Assembly: GCA_965112155.1 (NCBI GenBank)
Contig: OZ218105.1
Length of the DNA: 64,000 bases
Reading direction: 5' to 3' (one strand)
Source of the DNA: Podarcis liolepis
Taxonomy: Eukaryota
The notes below the pieces were generated by a model, which worked only from the letters and a program-made list of their open reading frames with translations, was not told the DNA's origin and did no database searches. Positions 1-11,739 of the stretch are shown in pieces (positions within the stretch are counted from its first letter, which is position 1; every line of letters starts with the position of its first letter). A program made the translations under genes and the position numbers.

Positions 1-704
1 TTCAAACCAATCAGAGAATTTTGTGGAACAATCCTAACACATTTCCTACGCATGTCTGCTCAGCAATACGTCTTGCTGGTTTCAATGGAGCTGACTTCCA
101 AGAAAGTGTCCATTGGATTGTAACCTTAAAACTTAAATAAATAGTTTGTGTTTTTAGGAACTCTTGCACAAGAGCTACCAATCTAGTCAGTTCCTCTAGC
201 AGCTAGAGTCCGGCTACTTTAAAGAAGAAGAAGGTGCAAGTGGTTAGAAGAAGTATGAAGTTTTATGTAAGAGAGTCTCTTAGCAAACACATCTGTGATT
301 AGTAGCTAAAGGAACATACCAAGGGACAGGGAACACACTGTAAGTTCCCTGTAACCAGGGTCAGATGTAAAGCAGGAGAAGGCTACTTGTATACACTTGC
401 TGAAATTTCCTCTTCTGCACAGCAATTAAGGCTTCACATTTTAAGACGTTACAGATCATCCCAACACACACTCCTTACACCATACAGGGTGAGGGGGCGC
501 TTGAGTGAGGGAGCCCACTCAGCTGAGGCAGACTTCTGGCAGCTGGACTCAACTGCTGAGCCAGTTAGAGGGTGACACAGGAGTCCGGCCCAATCGTCCT
601 CCCCACTACCACCTTCTGCTATGGCTGCCATCATTAACCACTGGGCTATGGATGCACCCATGGTTGTGCTACTCCACAAGGTTTGTATTGCACCTTTCCA
701 CTGT

Positions 705-1748
705 GTTGTAAACAAAATCTGCCCTTTTCCCCTTATGGGGTATCCAAGAGCCCGTATAGAGTCCTTACATGGGTTCCCTATTGGTAGGAGAAAATAACAG
801 AGGCAAACCAGAGAATACAGTGGTGCCTCGCAAGACGAAATTAATCCGTTCCGCGAGTCTCTTCGTCTTGCGGTTTTTTCGTCTTGTGAAGCACGGCTAT
901 TAGCGGCTTAGCGGCTATTAGCGGCTTAGCGACTTAGCGGCTATTAACGGCTTAGCAGCTTAGCGGCTATTAACGGCTTAGCGGCTTTAAGAAAAAGGAA
1001 ACAAACTCGCAAGAACTCACAAGACGTCTCGTCTTGCAAAGCAAACCCATAGGGAAATTCGTCTTGCGGGACGACTCAAAAAAAGGAAAACTCTTTCGTC
1101 TAGCAAGTTTTTCATCTTGCGAGGCATTCATCTTGCAGGGCACCACTGTACTGAGAAGCAAAGCAGCTAGTAAGCCTGATCTTTATTGATCTGTTGCAAC
1201 AGGGTGCTCCCCTCACACGCAGGAAAGGAGGAGGTCCCAGAAACAAGGTGTGCCTGCCTTTATATAGACATTTTAAATTCCCTGCCCTGGAGCTCAAGAC
1301 CACCCCTCCATACATCATACATACATCATAGAAGGGGTGTAACCCAAGACCACCACCCACAAACATCATACCTACACCACAGAAAAGGTGGTCTACAACA
1401 GAAATTTGAATGTTGTTGTTTTTCCTGTCTGTCAGGTTATCTGATAATGCCTTATCTGATTGCCTTTCCTGGTAGTGTGGCCATTCCTTTGAGATGGTGA
1501 TTTCCCAATTCCTGAGACAATGGGAAGGTTCCCTCACCCCCTCCCTCCTTGCAGAGAAACATTTGGTCAGTTTGGGAGTCAAAATGGTTTCAGGGCGGTC
1601 TTCCTGTGCTGCTCCAGACATGTGGTCCACATATCTATGTACGTGCTTGGTTGGTACATTTATGAACATTTATTATATATATAAGCCCTTATTTTTTTTA
1701 TTTCAGTATGTTTTCATGATGCACTCCTGTGTGTTCTTTCTATGACAA
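705..1748 (-). mobile_element. Probable solo LTR (ERV-like), interrupted by MITE A
   Basis: Minus-strand TATA (~1259-1267) and AATAAA (~1182-1187); right end ...TGACA; boundaries and TSD uncertain. Confidence 0.4.
818..1148. mobile_element. Tc1/mariner (Tigger/pogo-like) MITE, family A
   Basis: TIR CAGTGGTGCCTCGCAAGACGAA, TA TSD on both sides, internal (TAGCGGCT)-type repeats. Confidence 0.88.
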
Positions 1749-2286
1749 GTACCGATGTGTGTGTTCTTCCTTTATGTTCGGCCTTTAATGTCTCCAGTCA
1801 GGCTTCTGAGTATAAACACTCCATATTGCGTCTGTATAAACTGCCTCTACAATTTTAGCAATTTTGCAGCTTTAGTTTTCTCAGACAAAATGCCCTCGGG
1901 GTAATAATATGAGTCACTTGTGAAATGGCATGAGCGAATGGCATTAGCTTAGAAAATAACCTTCTGCTACCAGGAAAGAAGCAACAGGCAATGTTTTCTG
2001 GGAATGTGCTGGAAATCGCAAGCTGGGAAAGTGTTGTTGCACTCAGGTTCTGATTGCAAGCTTCTCATGAGCCACTATGCTGTTCGCCACTATGAGAATT
2101 AGATGGGCCATTGACCTGGTCCAGCAGGGCTCTTCTGAGGCCTTCATGGCCAGCATTTCAAAGCAGATGTGCCTCTTTAGAACTACAAGGAACTGTGCAG
2201 GACCTCTGTAAGTGTGACCTCAGCCTGGAGGGACACCCCAAGATCAACATGGACTCTGTCTTCTGTTTTATAGGATTTAACGTCTA

Positions 2287-2972
2287 TGATATAGGAAAAA
2301 AATAGGGGTGGTTGGCTTTTGCTGCCCAACTCCCCAAGGGACTGAGTCCACCAAGTCCATGATCGGTCAGAGATGAATGAATGGAGGCAGGATGCAGTGA
2401 AAGCAAGGCAGATCTTTATTTTTCTGTTCCCACCCATCCTAGCAAGGAGGCAAGAGAGACCCCAAACCAAGAAGAAACATCTCTTTTAATGGTTGGCATT
2501 TTGGCATGGAGAAGGACATCCCCTCTGCAAACAGTCAGAAATTACATCACACATAAGGTGGGGGTTACTGTGGCTCAGGCAAGCCAAGGTGTGATATTCC
2601 TGGGGATTTAGCAAGTTTCACATACCGTAGTTCCAGATACAGTTCACACAAAGAATTAGCATTCGATAAGAGAGTCTCTTAGACATAGACAATCCAGATG
2701 CCCATCAAGACATCCCTCAGTGCAGTGTTCTTGGCAAACAATGACAATTAATACAAAGTAGGTTCGTAGATATAGGAGAGGAATCACTTCAGGAACTTCC
2801 CCTGATTGCTATCTGCTTACCTGTTCTCAGACACGGGGGATTGAGGAGGCAAAGGAAATATTTTAGAGTATTTAGGGGAGCCAAGATGGTTTTTGGATTG
2901 CTCTCCTGTACTATTTGAGACATGTGGTTTATATACTTAGGTATGTACATTTACTTTGTGCAATTATCAACA
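2287..2972 (-). mobile_element. Possible solo LTR
   Basis: TGATA...TATCAACA ends, minus-strand AATAAA ~2415; TSD not convincing. Confidence 0.3.
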
Positions 2973-2976
2973 TTTA

Positions 2977-3192
2977 CAGTGGTACCTCAGGTTGAGAACT
3001 TCTTTCGTTCTGGAGGTCCATTCTTAACCTGAAACTGTTCTTAACCTGAGGTACCACTTTTGTTCATGGGGCCTCCTGCCGCCGCCACACGATTTCTGTT
3101 CTCATCCTGAAGCAAAGTTCTTAACCCGAGGTACTATTTCTGTAACCTGACGGATCTGTAACCCGAAGCTTCTGTAACCCGAGGTACCACTG
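2977..3192. mobile_element. Tc1/mariner (Tigger-like) MITE, family B
   Basis: TIR CAGTGGTACCTC, TA TSD, internal TAACCTGA repeats. Confidence 0.85.
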
Positions 3193-3505
3193 TATTCTGT
3201 ATTTAAGACCTTAGAATTCCTATAACGTCTACCTACCTGAACATGTGCTGACAGTCTGTGATCGAGGTAACAAAGAGTGTAAACGAAGGAGTCTTGAGCA
3301 ACTGATACCCTAATCACTGGGGGAAAGTGCCTGAGCAGAAGACAGCATCTTTGTGGGACAAGTTAAGGGGCATGAGCTCTGCATCCACCTGAAGTAAAAC
3401 AATGACTCTGGTCTCTTTCCTCCTCCTCCTCCAACTCTCCATTTATAGTCTGGCCATTGAGGAATCAAAGCACCCCTGCAGAGTGTGTGTTAAGGTATAG
3501 GTGGG

Positions 3506-3965
3506 CAGCGGCGTAGTGTGGGTTGTCAGCACCCGGGGCAAGGCAAGTAATTTGCGCCCCCTAACCCGGGGCAAGGCAAGTAATTTGCGCCCCCTAACCT
3601 GGGGCAAGGCAAGTAATTTGCGCCCCCTAACCCCTAACCTGCCGCCGCTGCCAGCTTCTTCTTGCAGCTGCCTGGTCTGGTCTGGTGTGGTTCTCTCCCG
3701 CGCTCAGCACTGCGCTGGGCGGCTGCTGCACTGTCCCTCCCCCAGATAGTCCCTCGCTCTCTCTCCGCACCGCACGCCTGGCACCCACCCCCTCCACAGT
3801 GGGTGGTGACCCAGCGGCTCGGATCGGATTCGCACAGCCAGCACTGCAGTGAGAGAGAGTGAGTGAGCCAGGTAGGGGCAGAGAGCTGCGAGTGCAAGCG
3901 CGCCCCCCCCAGATGTTGCGCCCGGTGCGGCCGGCCCCCCCTGCACCCCCCACGCTACGCCACTG
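3506..3965. mobile_element. hAT-type MITE family C, long copy with an internal GC-rich segment
   Basis: TIR CAGTGGCGTAGCGTGGG, perfect 8-bp TSD TAGGTGGG, 3 subterminal repeats of ~33 bp. Confidence 0.88.
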
Positions 3966-5078
3966 TAGGTGGGTGCATGGGGGCTCACTGATTTTCTGAA
4001 CTGAGTTCAGTAAATGTGGCGGTCTCACCTTTTCCCACACATAAAAGTCTCACTAGGTTTGTTATCATTTTGTTTATATTTTTAAGGTTGGACTTCATGC
4101 ATAAAATTAAAGGTGCCCTGTTCGCTTTTGCACCTGGTCACCCCAATTGGGCTGTCTAAGACTAGACCAAACCAACCTAATAAAATATTAGAGGAATAGT
4201 CAACGTTAGTCATACTCAGATTAGGCCCTTTGAAATAAATTGGTCTGGGATGACTAACAGTAGATATATTGAAACCATGAATGTGGAAAAGCTTTTTAAT
4301 ATTCAGATGAATGTGATATATATCTTGTGGGAGGAGAATGTTTGCAGAGCAGAGGAGGAATCTGTTGTTACGGACAGCAGTTTCACCAAGCGAGACATTT
4401 ACTATACAATTCAAAGCAAGTTAAATGTATTGCTAATGTAATTCAAAGTACAAACCTGTGCCTTACAGACATTGGCTAGAACTACAAGGAGATGAAAAAG
4501 GGCAATTGTCAACAACGACTTTTGGAAACGAGGGGCTCCAGGGGGCTTCTTAATACACCTAATTTGGATCTGTCCAGTTGTTAGCCATTTTGGAGGACAG
4601 AAATAATTTCTTCAGTAAATATAGTCCTTAATGCTTTCATCGCAGAGAGGTTAGTAGTCCAACAAACTGGAAGCTGTCCTGGCTTTTGTGGGAGTTTCAA
4701 CTGCTAAATGCAAATTTCTCTGCCATTGGAAGTTGTAAACCTGCACCATAATATGATAAATAGGTGGCAAAGATGTAGCCCTTGTGAGACTGAGGAATCC
4801 AGATAAATTTAAAAACATAGGTGAGCTTCTGGATCTCAAGAGTCCAGGTCATGTTTATAGAATCACTGCTCATTAACTCTTGAATGCATGCAGGATTGAG
4901 GTACCCATGATTTATTCATTCAAATTATTGAGTAATCAACTTTTAATGTTATTTTTATTAATTTATCCGTGAATAAAATTAAAAAGGAAATTATTTTCTG
5001 TCTTTGTTTTCCCTCTTTTATGGCATCTTGACGTGATATTTGGCCCATCTGATTTTACCATGACAACTGTGAGTTATT

Positions 5079-5247
5079 CAGTGGCGTAGCGTGGGGGGTG
5101 CAGGGGGGGCCAGCCGCACCGGGCGCAACATCTGGGGGTTAGGGTTAGGGGGCGCAAATCCACGGGCTAGGGGGCGCAAATCCACGGGTTAGGGGGCGCA
5201 AATTACTTGCCTTGCCCCGGGTGCTGACAACCCACGCTACGCCACTG
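5079..5247. mobile_element. hAT-type MITE family C (inverted)
   Basis: Same TIR, 8-bp TSD GAGTTATT. Confidence 0.9.
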
Positions 5248-7185
5248 GAGTTATTGTTATGTATTATATGGTTTGTTGTTTACTTTTAAGACTGGATCTC
5301 ATAAGGACTGTGTTTGCAGGTAAGATGGAAAGAGGAGGGTGCTGATGATGGAGGGGAAGGCAGTATGGAGGAATGGTGTATTTCTATTAAATGAATTCTT
5401 TTAAAAAAAAATTCCATTCATTAGAGATTTCTGAAACATTAAGCTATATATAAATGCTTTTTTTTTTTACAAAGCAATTTTAAAATTGGGACTTGCAGAT
5501 CTCACTTATCTCCAATGATTTTGGCAGATAAAATCTATACACCTGTATTTCTGGTTACTTCTTGGTGACCTTTTAACTGGTTCTCAGATTGTTTCTGATT
5601 TCTTCTGGCAAGAATGGGTTGCAGCCATATAGATACTGCAGACCTGAGAAGCAAGAACTGCAAAGCTAATAAAACGAGACCAGAATCACTGTGCTTTGTT
5701 CTTCAGTGATCTTTACAGTCTTCCTTATCAGCAGAGAAAAGACAGACATATTGAGAACACCTTGGAGCAACAGCAACTAAAGGATATTTAAGTGTGCTAA
5801 CCACTTTAAGTGTTTACTTTTTCAAATAGCTTTCTTGATTGGCTATTAGGACCAAAGAATGAGAGAATCAAGAAGTTTCCAAGTTGACATTTCTTCTCCT
5901 TTAATTTACCTGGAAGGGAATTTACTTGATTTGCTGAAGTGTGCTTTCAGAACAGCATTGACTTCACTGAAATTGTCAGCAGAGGCCCGCTGCAACTATG
6001 TTTGGGAGGAGGAGGCAGTAACAGCCATTCCTCAATATATATTTTATTTTTGGTAGTAATATTTTATTGAAAAGTTTACAATTATAAAGAAAAAAGTGAT
6101 ACAAAGAAAAAAAAAGGAAGAAAAATACAAAAGGCACAAAAATGTGTAGAGAACACACACACACACACACAATACGATAAATGCCCTAACCCATACATTC
6201 TTTTTAAAGTTTGATTTAACCTTATACATATGTAAATATTAATAGCCTACTACATTTTGTATAAACCCATTCCAAATATTGTTACATTTATCTGAACAAA
6301 GTCTACGTCTGTAAGCAATCCATTCATAAGTTGCGAGCATTATCACATTGTCAATTTTATAGTGCTATTTTAAGAATGCGTGGAACCAGTTTCTATTCCA
6401 GTCATGGAAATATCATGAACAATGGTAAAATCAACAGAAAACAGAATTTACAGTGAAAATAAAATGATTACTGTGGCTGTCTTTGCTCTGGTGAGTGGGA
6501 AACAACAGCAAAAGTATTCTAATTCAAACAGTCATTTGGGTGCCTTATGTACATAAGCAGAATTAGTAGGTTGTTAGTATCACATTAGTAAGTTGTTAGT
6601 ATCACAGTGGTAGTAATACTATTGTTTGGCAATAAGCCATGACACAAAAAAATGGGGCACCCAGCTTCTAGCCAAAAATGTAGCTCTCAATCCCCTCAAT
6701 TCCACCAACATGGAAACATACAAGGTAACATAGTTTTCATTATCAGGCAGCAAAGTAGCAACAAAACCGTACAAACTCAGAAAGTGTAACAAAGTAATTT
6801 TAGATACTAAACTCAGGCAAATATTTTTAGTACCACATTGTTTCAAGACCTGTTTCCTGCTTGGTTGGTTTTCTCCTATTCTATAGAAGTAACAAGTCAG
6901 CTACTTTTTCGTGGCATTTTGATTGGTTCCAATAAAGCCAACTGTGGAGTTTGGAGGGGATTTCCTCCCTGATGCCAACACTAACTACCTTTTGCTTTTT
7001 ATATGCTTTGGGGGATACTGAATCCAGACATTCAGAATGGAATCTACATCCAGAAGAAGATGGCTTCTACATCTGAAGATGGATTTTGTAAATATGGAGG
7101 GTTGCATTCCCCTCCAGCCACTAGCATGTGCTACACAACTTGGCTTCAATTGACTCTTTTTTCCACCCACCTACCCTCTTCCCCT

Positions 7186-7537
7186 GGGACACGGGTGGGG
7201 CTGTGGGTTAAACCACAGAGCCTAGGACTTGCCGATCAGAAGGTCGGTGGTTCGAATCCCCGTGACGGGGTGAGCTCCCGTTGCTCAGTCCCTGCTCCTG
7301 CCAACCTAGCAGTTCGAAAGCACGTCAAAGTGCAAGTAGATAAATAGGTACCGCTCTGGCGGGAAGGTAAACAGCGTTTCTGTGTGCTGCTCTAGTTCGT
7401 CAGAAGCGGCTTAATCATGGTGGCCACATGACCCGGAAGCTGTACGCCGGCTCCCTCAGCTAATAAAGCGAGATGAGCGCTGCAACCCAAGTCAGCCATG
7501 ACTGGACCTAATGGTCAGGGGTCCCTTTACCTTTACC
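7186..7537 (+). mobile_element. Sauria SINE (Squam1/POM-type)
   Basis: tRNA-like head with box B GGTTCGAATCC, ACCTTT tail; several homologous copies in the window. Confidence 0.9.
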
Positions 7538-8221
7538 CTCTTGCTCAGGAGAGGTGCAAAGAGCTCTGTCAGGGAACATCACGGCAGGTGATATAGATGT
7601 CTTCTTTCTCATTGATGGCGAACATGCCCACACCATCTTGAGGACCTGTCTTTTTTTCCTGTGGTTAATAGATGTGGCAATCATTTTGCGTTATGCCACA
7701 CCTTCATGGCAGCTGTATTTGTGACTGGTGCCCACAAAACCTTCTCAATATTCCAGATGTGTCCATTGTCCCTAACCCCTGCATTAAGATACAGGGCTGG
7801 GCTGGGAAGGATGGATTGAAATACGCACAGAAATAGTTGTCAGGCCCAGGCACATTCACAATATCTTGGCCAAAGCAACTCAAAACATTGTGTTGAGTAT
7901 AAAATTGGGGAAATGCAGACATGCCTAAGATTAGACCGTGAATGTCAGAATGTGTGCCTAACAGCAATGGGAAAAGCAAGATCTAAGGGTAATATGGAAG
8001 CCTTTGTACATTCTTTCCATTTTCTATAACCTGTGAGATTTTCAATTGCAGCAGCTCTTCAAATAATCTTTAGCAGAAAGCAGGAGAAGAGTGAAGTGGT
8101 CATTTGCAACTCCTGTGTTTCTTTGTACTTCTAAAATATATGCATTGCTTTCCTGCCTGATAGGGCTCCAATGTAGTGTACAACTAATACAAAACATGAT
8201 ACAATATTGATAATAACTATC

Positions 8222-8655
8222 TGTTACAACAGCAGCAAGAGTCTTGATAGCACAAGAATGGAAGAATGAGGAAACCCCGACAAAAGAACAGTGGCAAGAA
8301 AAATGGATGAGTTATGCAGAGTTGGCTAAACTGACATATAAATTGTGGGACAAGGACAACTGTGGCTTTAAGGAAGAATGGGAGCTTTTTACAAATTATC
8401 TAAAAAGACAACAAAATGAACTGGACTCCTTGGTCGGTTTTGAATAAACATACACAAATTTATTGAGGGTTAATACAGTAGACAGATAGGATGTATACAA
8501 TTTTACAATATGCAAAGAATAATATGAGTTGAGAAATCAGAGAGAGGAGCTGAGGGAAGTCTCGGGGGGAGGGGGAAATAATGAAGATGATTTGTTTTGA
8601 TAATTTGTTGTTGAAATTGTTAATATTTTTTTTAAAAAAAATATTGATAATAACT
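8222..8655 (+). mobile_element. L1-type LINE 3' fragment (ORF2 C-terminus and 3'UTR)
   Basis: TAARVLIAQEWK..PTKEQWQEKW..YAELAKLT, typical of the end of squamate L1 ORF2; A-rich tail. Confidence 0.75.
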
Positions 8656-9180
8656 ATCATTTTCAATAGGCAGTTTTTTTGCTATTCCTATCTACACCAT
8701 GCTCAAAAATCTCCCTTTGATGTAGGTTTGGGTACAAGGAAATGTTTCTAGTACACACACAGGGGAGGAGATTTGTCTTTGATTTCTAGCACTCCCTGTT
8801 CTCTATGGTAAGTGGTACTTTGCTTCTGGAGTAGGGTGCTCACATCCAGAAGTGCGCAGTTTCTGCTTCTCAAGGTTCAAGTGCCATATGTTCCCATCAC
8901 CTGTTCTTGAATCATAATTAAGATCTGAATGCACAGATGCAGTTTTCTGTTTGTGTAAGGGCCTTAATAATTAGATATGGGAAAAGCCTAATGATCTGGC
9001 CCTGCACGGTGATATCAGAAGAGCTACTGCCTGGCTACCAGTTAAGTTTTAACTTATCCAGTTAATAGGATCTTTGTTTTAAATTACAGTATAATATTTC
9101 AAGCTACGGTGTCTTTATAAACATGTTAGATAGGCTAGCACAAACTATATATGGGTGGCTAAACCTAAGGTTACATTTTA

Positions 9181-9517
9181 CAGTGGTGCCCCGCAAGACG
9201 AATGCCTCGCAAGACGGAAAACCCGCTAGACGAAAGGGTTTTCCGTTTTGGAGGTGCTTCGCAAAACGAATTTCCTATGGGCTTGCTTCGCAAGACGACA
9301 ATGTCTTGCGAGTTCCTGCTGGGGTTTTTTCCTCCCCCCCCCTTTTTTCTAAGCCGCTAAGCCGCTTATCAGCTGATCCGATCAGCAGATAAGCCGCTAA
9401 AAGCCGCTAATAGCACTAATCCGCTAATCCGTCAATGGGCTTGCTTCGCAAGACGAAAAAACCGCTAGACGAAGAGAATCACAGAACGGATTCTTTTCGT
9501 CTTGCGAGGCACCACTG
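9181..9517. mobile_element. MITE family A, inverted relative to the 818 copy
   Basis: Same TIRs, TA TSD. Confidence 0.88.
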
Positions 9518-10007
9518 TAGATGTAATCTACACATGGAGAGAAATCACATGGTGCTGAGAGGAACTATAATATCTCAAACGTGCAAGGGCTAGATTGAGT
9601 GCTGCCCCACAAAAACATCCCTCTACCAGGGAAAAACTGTCCCCACTCCAGGTTGAATTCCTCTCAGGAACTTGCATGTCATTCCCACGCATGTGTCAAT
9701 TCACCCTAAACTAGGATTGCCGTATTTCAAACAGTGAAAATCTGGACAGAAAAGCTTTGGGGCAAAAACTCAAAAAAGGAACAAACCAAACCCCCCCCCC
9801 CAATTTTCCAGCTAGTTTTATGGGGAAACAATAAAAATGGCACTGCCTACATGGGCTGCCAGACCCCTGGATTTTCCCGGATATTTGACTGATTTCTGCC
9901 CAGACACTGCTGCCGACTGCACTATTTTGAGTATGTCCAGGAAAATCTGGACGTACAGCAACCGTACCCTAAACTCGGGAAGTGTAAATAAATATAGAAT
10001 ATTGATT

Positions 10008-10230
10008 GCTGGCATCCATCTGTGTCAGGAGACAATGGAAGAGTGCACCATTGGGGGTAAAGTCAAACCATTACAGCGCCTTCTGTGGTTGTTGAGACTG
10101 ATATGGGAGAGAGATGTTTTGTTGCAGCTGGGGCAGGTGAAAGCATCCAGTTTCATGGTTACAGCGGTCATTCCTCCTCTGGTCACTGCTGTGGATACAC
10201 GACTATCTGTCTCCCAGCCATCCAGTCGAG
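10008..10230 (-). mobile_element. RTE-type LINE 3' fragment (C-terminal zinc knuckle)
   Basis: FTCPSCNKT...H..RC peptide; shares its 3' end with the 20568-21260 element. Confidence 0.65.
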
Positions 10231-10234
10231 GGAA

Positions 10235-10325
10235 CTGCCCACTAACAGCGCCTGTCTTAACTGGATTGAGCTTCAGTTTGTTAACTTTCATTCAGTCCAT
10301 TACTGAGGCAAGGCATCGATAATTC
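10235..10325 (-). mobile_element. L2 ORF2 fragment
   Basis: WMKVNKLKLNPVKT peptide. Confidence 0.6.
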
Positions 10326-10490
10326 AAACTTCTTCCCAATTCTAGATTAAGCAATGCAAAGTATCTACCACCACCTTCCTGGGGTTGGCATTCATATCTC
10401 CAATATGAATTGGGAGAAACAGCCACCTCTTTTGGTGCACGCTTTTGCAGGAGTAATCCCAATTTAAATATAAACTAGTTTACCTAATTT

Positions 10491-10794
10491 ACCTATCCAT
10501 TATTAAGGAAATCAGCCCTGAGTGCTCACTGGAAGGACAGATCCTGAAGCTGAGGCTCCAATACTTTGTCCACCTCATGAGAAGAGAAGACTCCCTGGAA
10601 AAGACCCTGATGTTGGGAAAGACTGAGGGCACAAGGAGAAGGAGACGGCAGAGGACGAGATGGTGGGATAGTGTTCTTGAAGCTACCAGCATGAGTTTGA
10701 CCAAACTGCGGGAAGACAGGAGTGCCTGGTGTGCTCTGGTCCATGGGGTCACGAAGAGTCGGACACGACTAAACGACTAAACAACAACAAAAAA
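10491..10794 (+). mobile_element. Bov-B (RTE clade LINE) 3' fragment
   Basis: LKLRLQYF.HLMRREDSLEKTLMLGK coding remnant; ends GGGTCACGAAGAGTCGGACACGACT followed by a (CAA)n tail. Confidence 0.9.
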
Positions 10795-10801
10795 AATTTA
10801 C

Positions 10802-11104
10802 ACTGTGGGTTAAACCACAGAGCCTAGGGCTTGCCGATCAGAAGGTCAGCGATTCGAATCCCCGTGATGGGGTAAGCTCCCGTTGCTCGGTCCCAGCTCC
10901 TGCCAACCTAGCAGTTCGAAAGCACATCAAAGTGCAAGTGGATAAATAGGTACCGCTCCGGCGGGAAGGCAAACGGCGTTTCCGTGTGCTGCTCTGGTTC
11001 GCCAGGAGCGGCTTAGTCATGCTGGCCACATGACCTGGAAGCTGTACACCGGCTCCCTCGGCCAATAAAGCGAGATGAGTGCCGCAACCCCAGAGTCGTC
11101 CCTT
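10802..11104 (+). mobile_element. Sauria SINE, 5'-truncated, tail split by a Bov-B fragment (remainder at ~11450-11463)
   Basis: Homology to the other copies. Confidence 0.88.
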
Positions 11105-11447
11105 TGTTGTTGTTGTTTAGTTGTTTAGTCGTGTCCGACTCTTCGTGAGCCCATGGACCAGAGCACGCCCGGCACTCCTGTCTTCCGCTGCCTCCCACAG
11201 TTTGGTCAAACTCATGCTGGTAGCTTCGAGAACACTGTCCAACCATCTCGTCCTCTGTCGTCCCCTTCTCCTTGTGCCCTCCATCTTTCCAACATCAGGG
11301 TCTTTTCCAGGGAGTCTTCTCTTCTCATGAGGTGGACAAAGTATTGGAGCCTCAGCTTCAGGATCTGTCCTTCCAGTGAGCACTCGGGCCTGATTTCCTT
11401 AAGAATGGATAGGTTTGATCTTCTTGCAGTCCATGAGACTCTCAAGA
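11105..11447 (-). mobile_element. Bov-B 3' fragment
   Basis: Reverse copy: WTARRSNLSILKEI...LEGQILKLRLQYF; (TTG)n tail. Confidence 0.9.
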
Positions 11448-11739
11448 TCTCCTTACCTTTACCTAATTTACTTGTGGGTAACTCTAGCTCTGGATTGTGA
11501 GCAAATTGCAGTGCCTATTTTCTGTTTTGGCCACCAGTTGCTGTTTTGACCACCATTTTCATTCTAATTCCACTGAATCCCATCCCTTTGCACGGAGAAG
11601 CCAAGGTCTAGGCGAAATCGACACACAGAACGAGAGTGGTGAAGCATCGCTCTGCAAGGTTCACAAGTTCACTGACTCCTGCTCGCAATCCTAACGAAAG
11701 TCATAAATGCCAAGTTTGTTGGGGTTACAGTATTCCAAG

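Noticed and set aside
1112-1669. 185-aa minus-strand ORF
   Set aside because: No recognisable domain or splice support; it runs from a probable LTR into a MITE.
1-10000. Exons of a neighbouring upstream gene
   Set aside because: I found no spliceable, recognisable coding segments; small or non-coding exons cannot be excluded by eye.
9837-10322. 161-aa plus-strand ORF
   Set aside because: Antisense read-through of adjacent RTE and L2 fragments.
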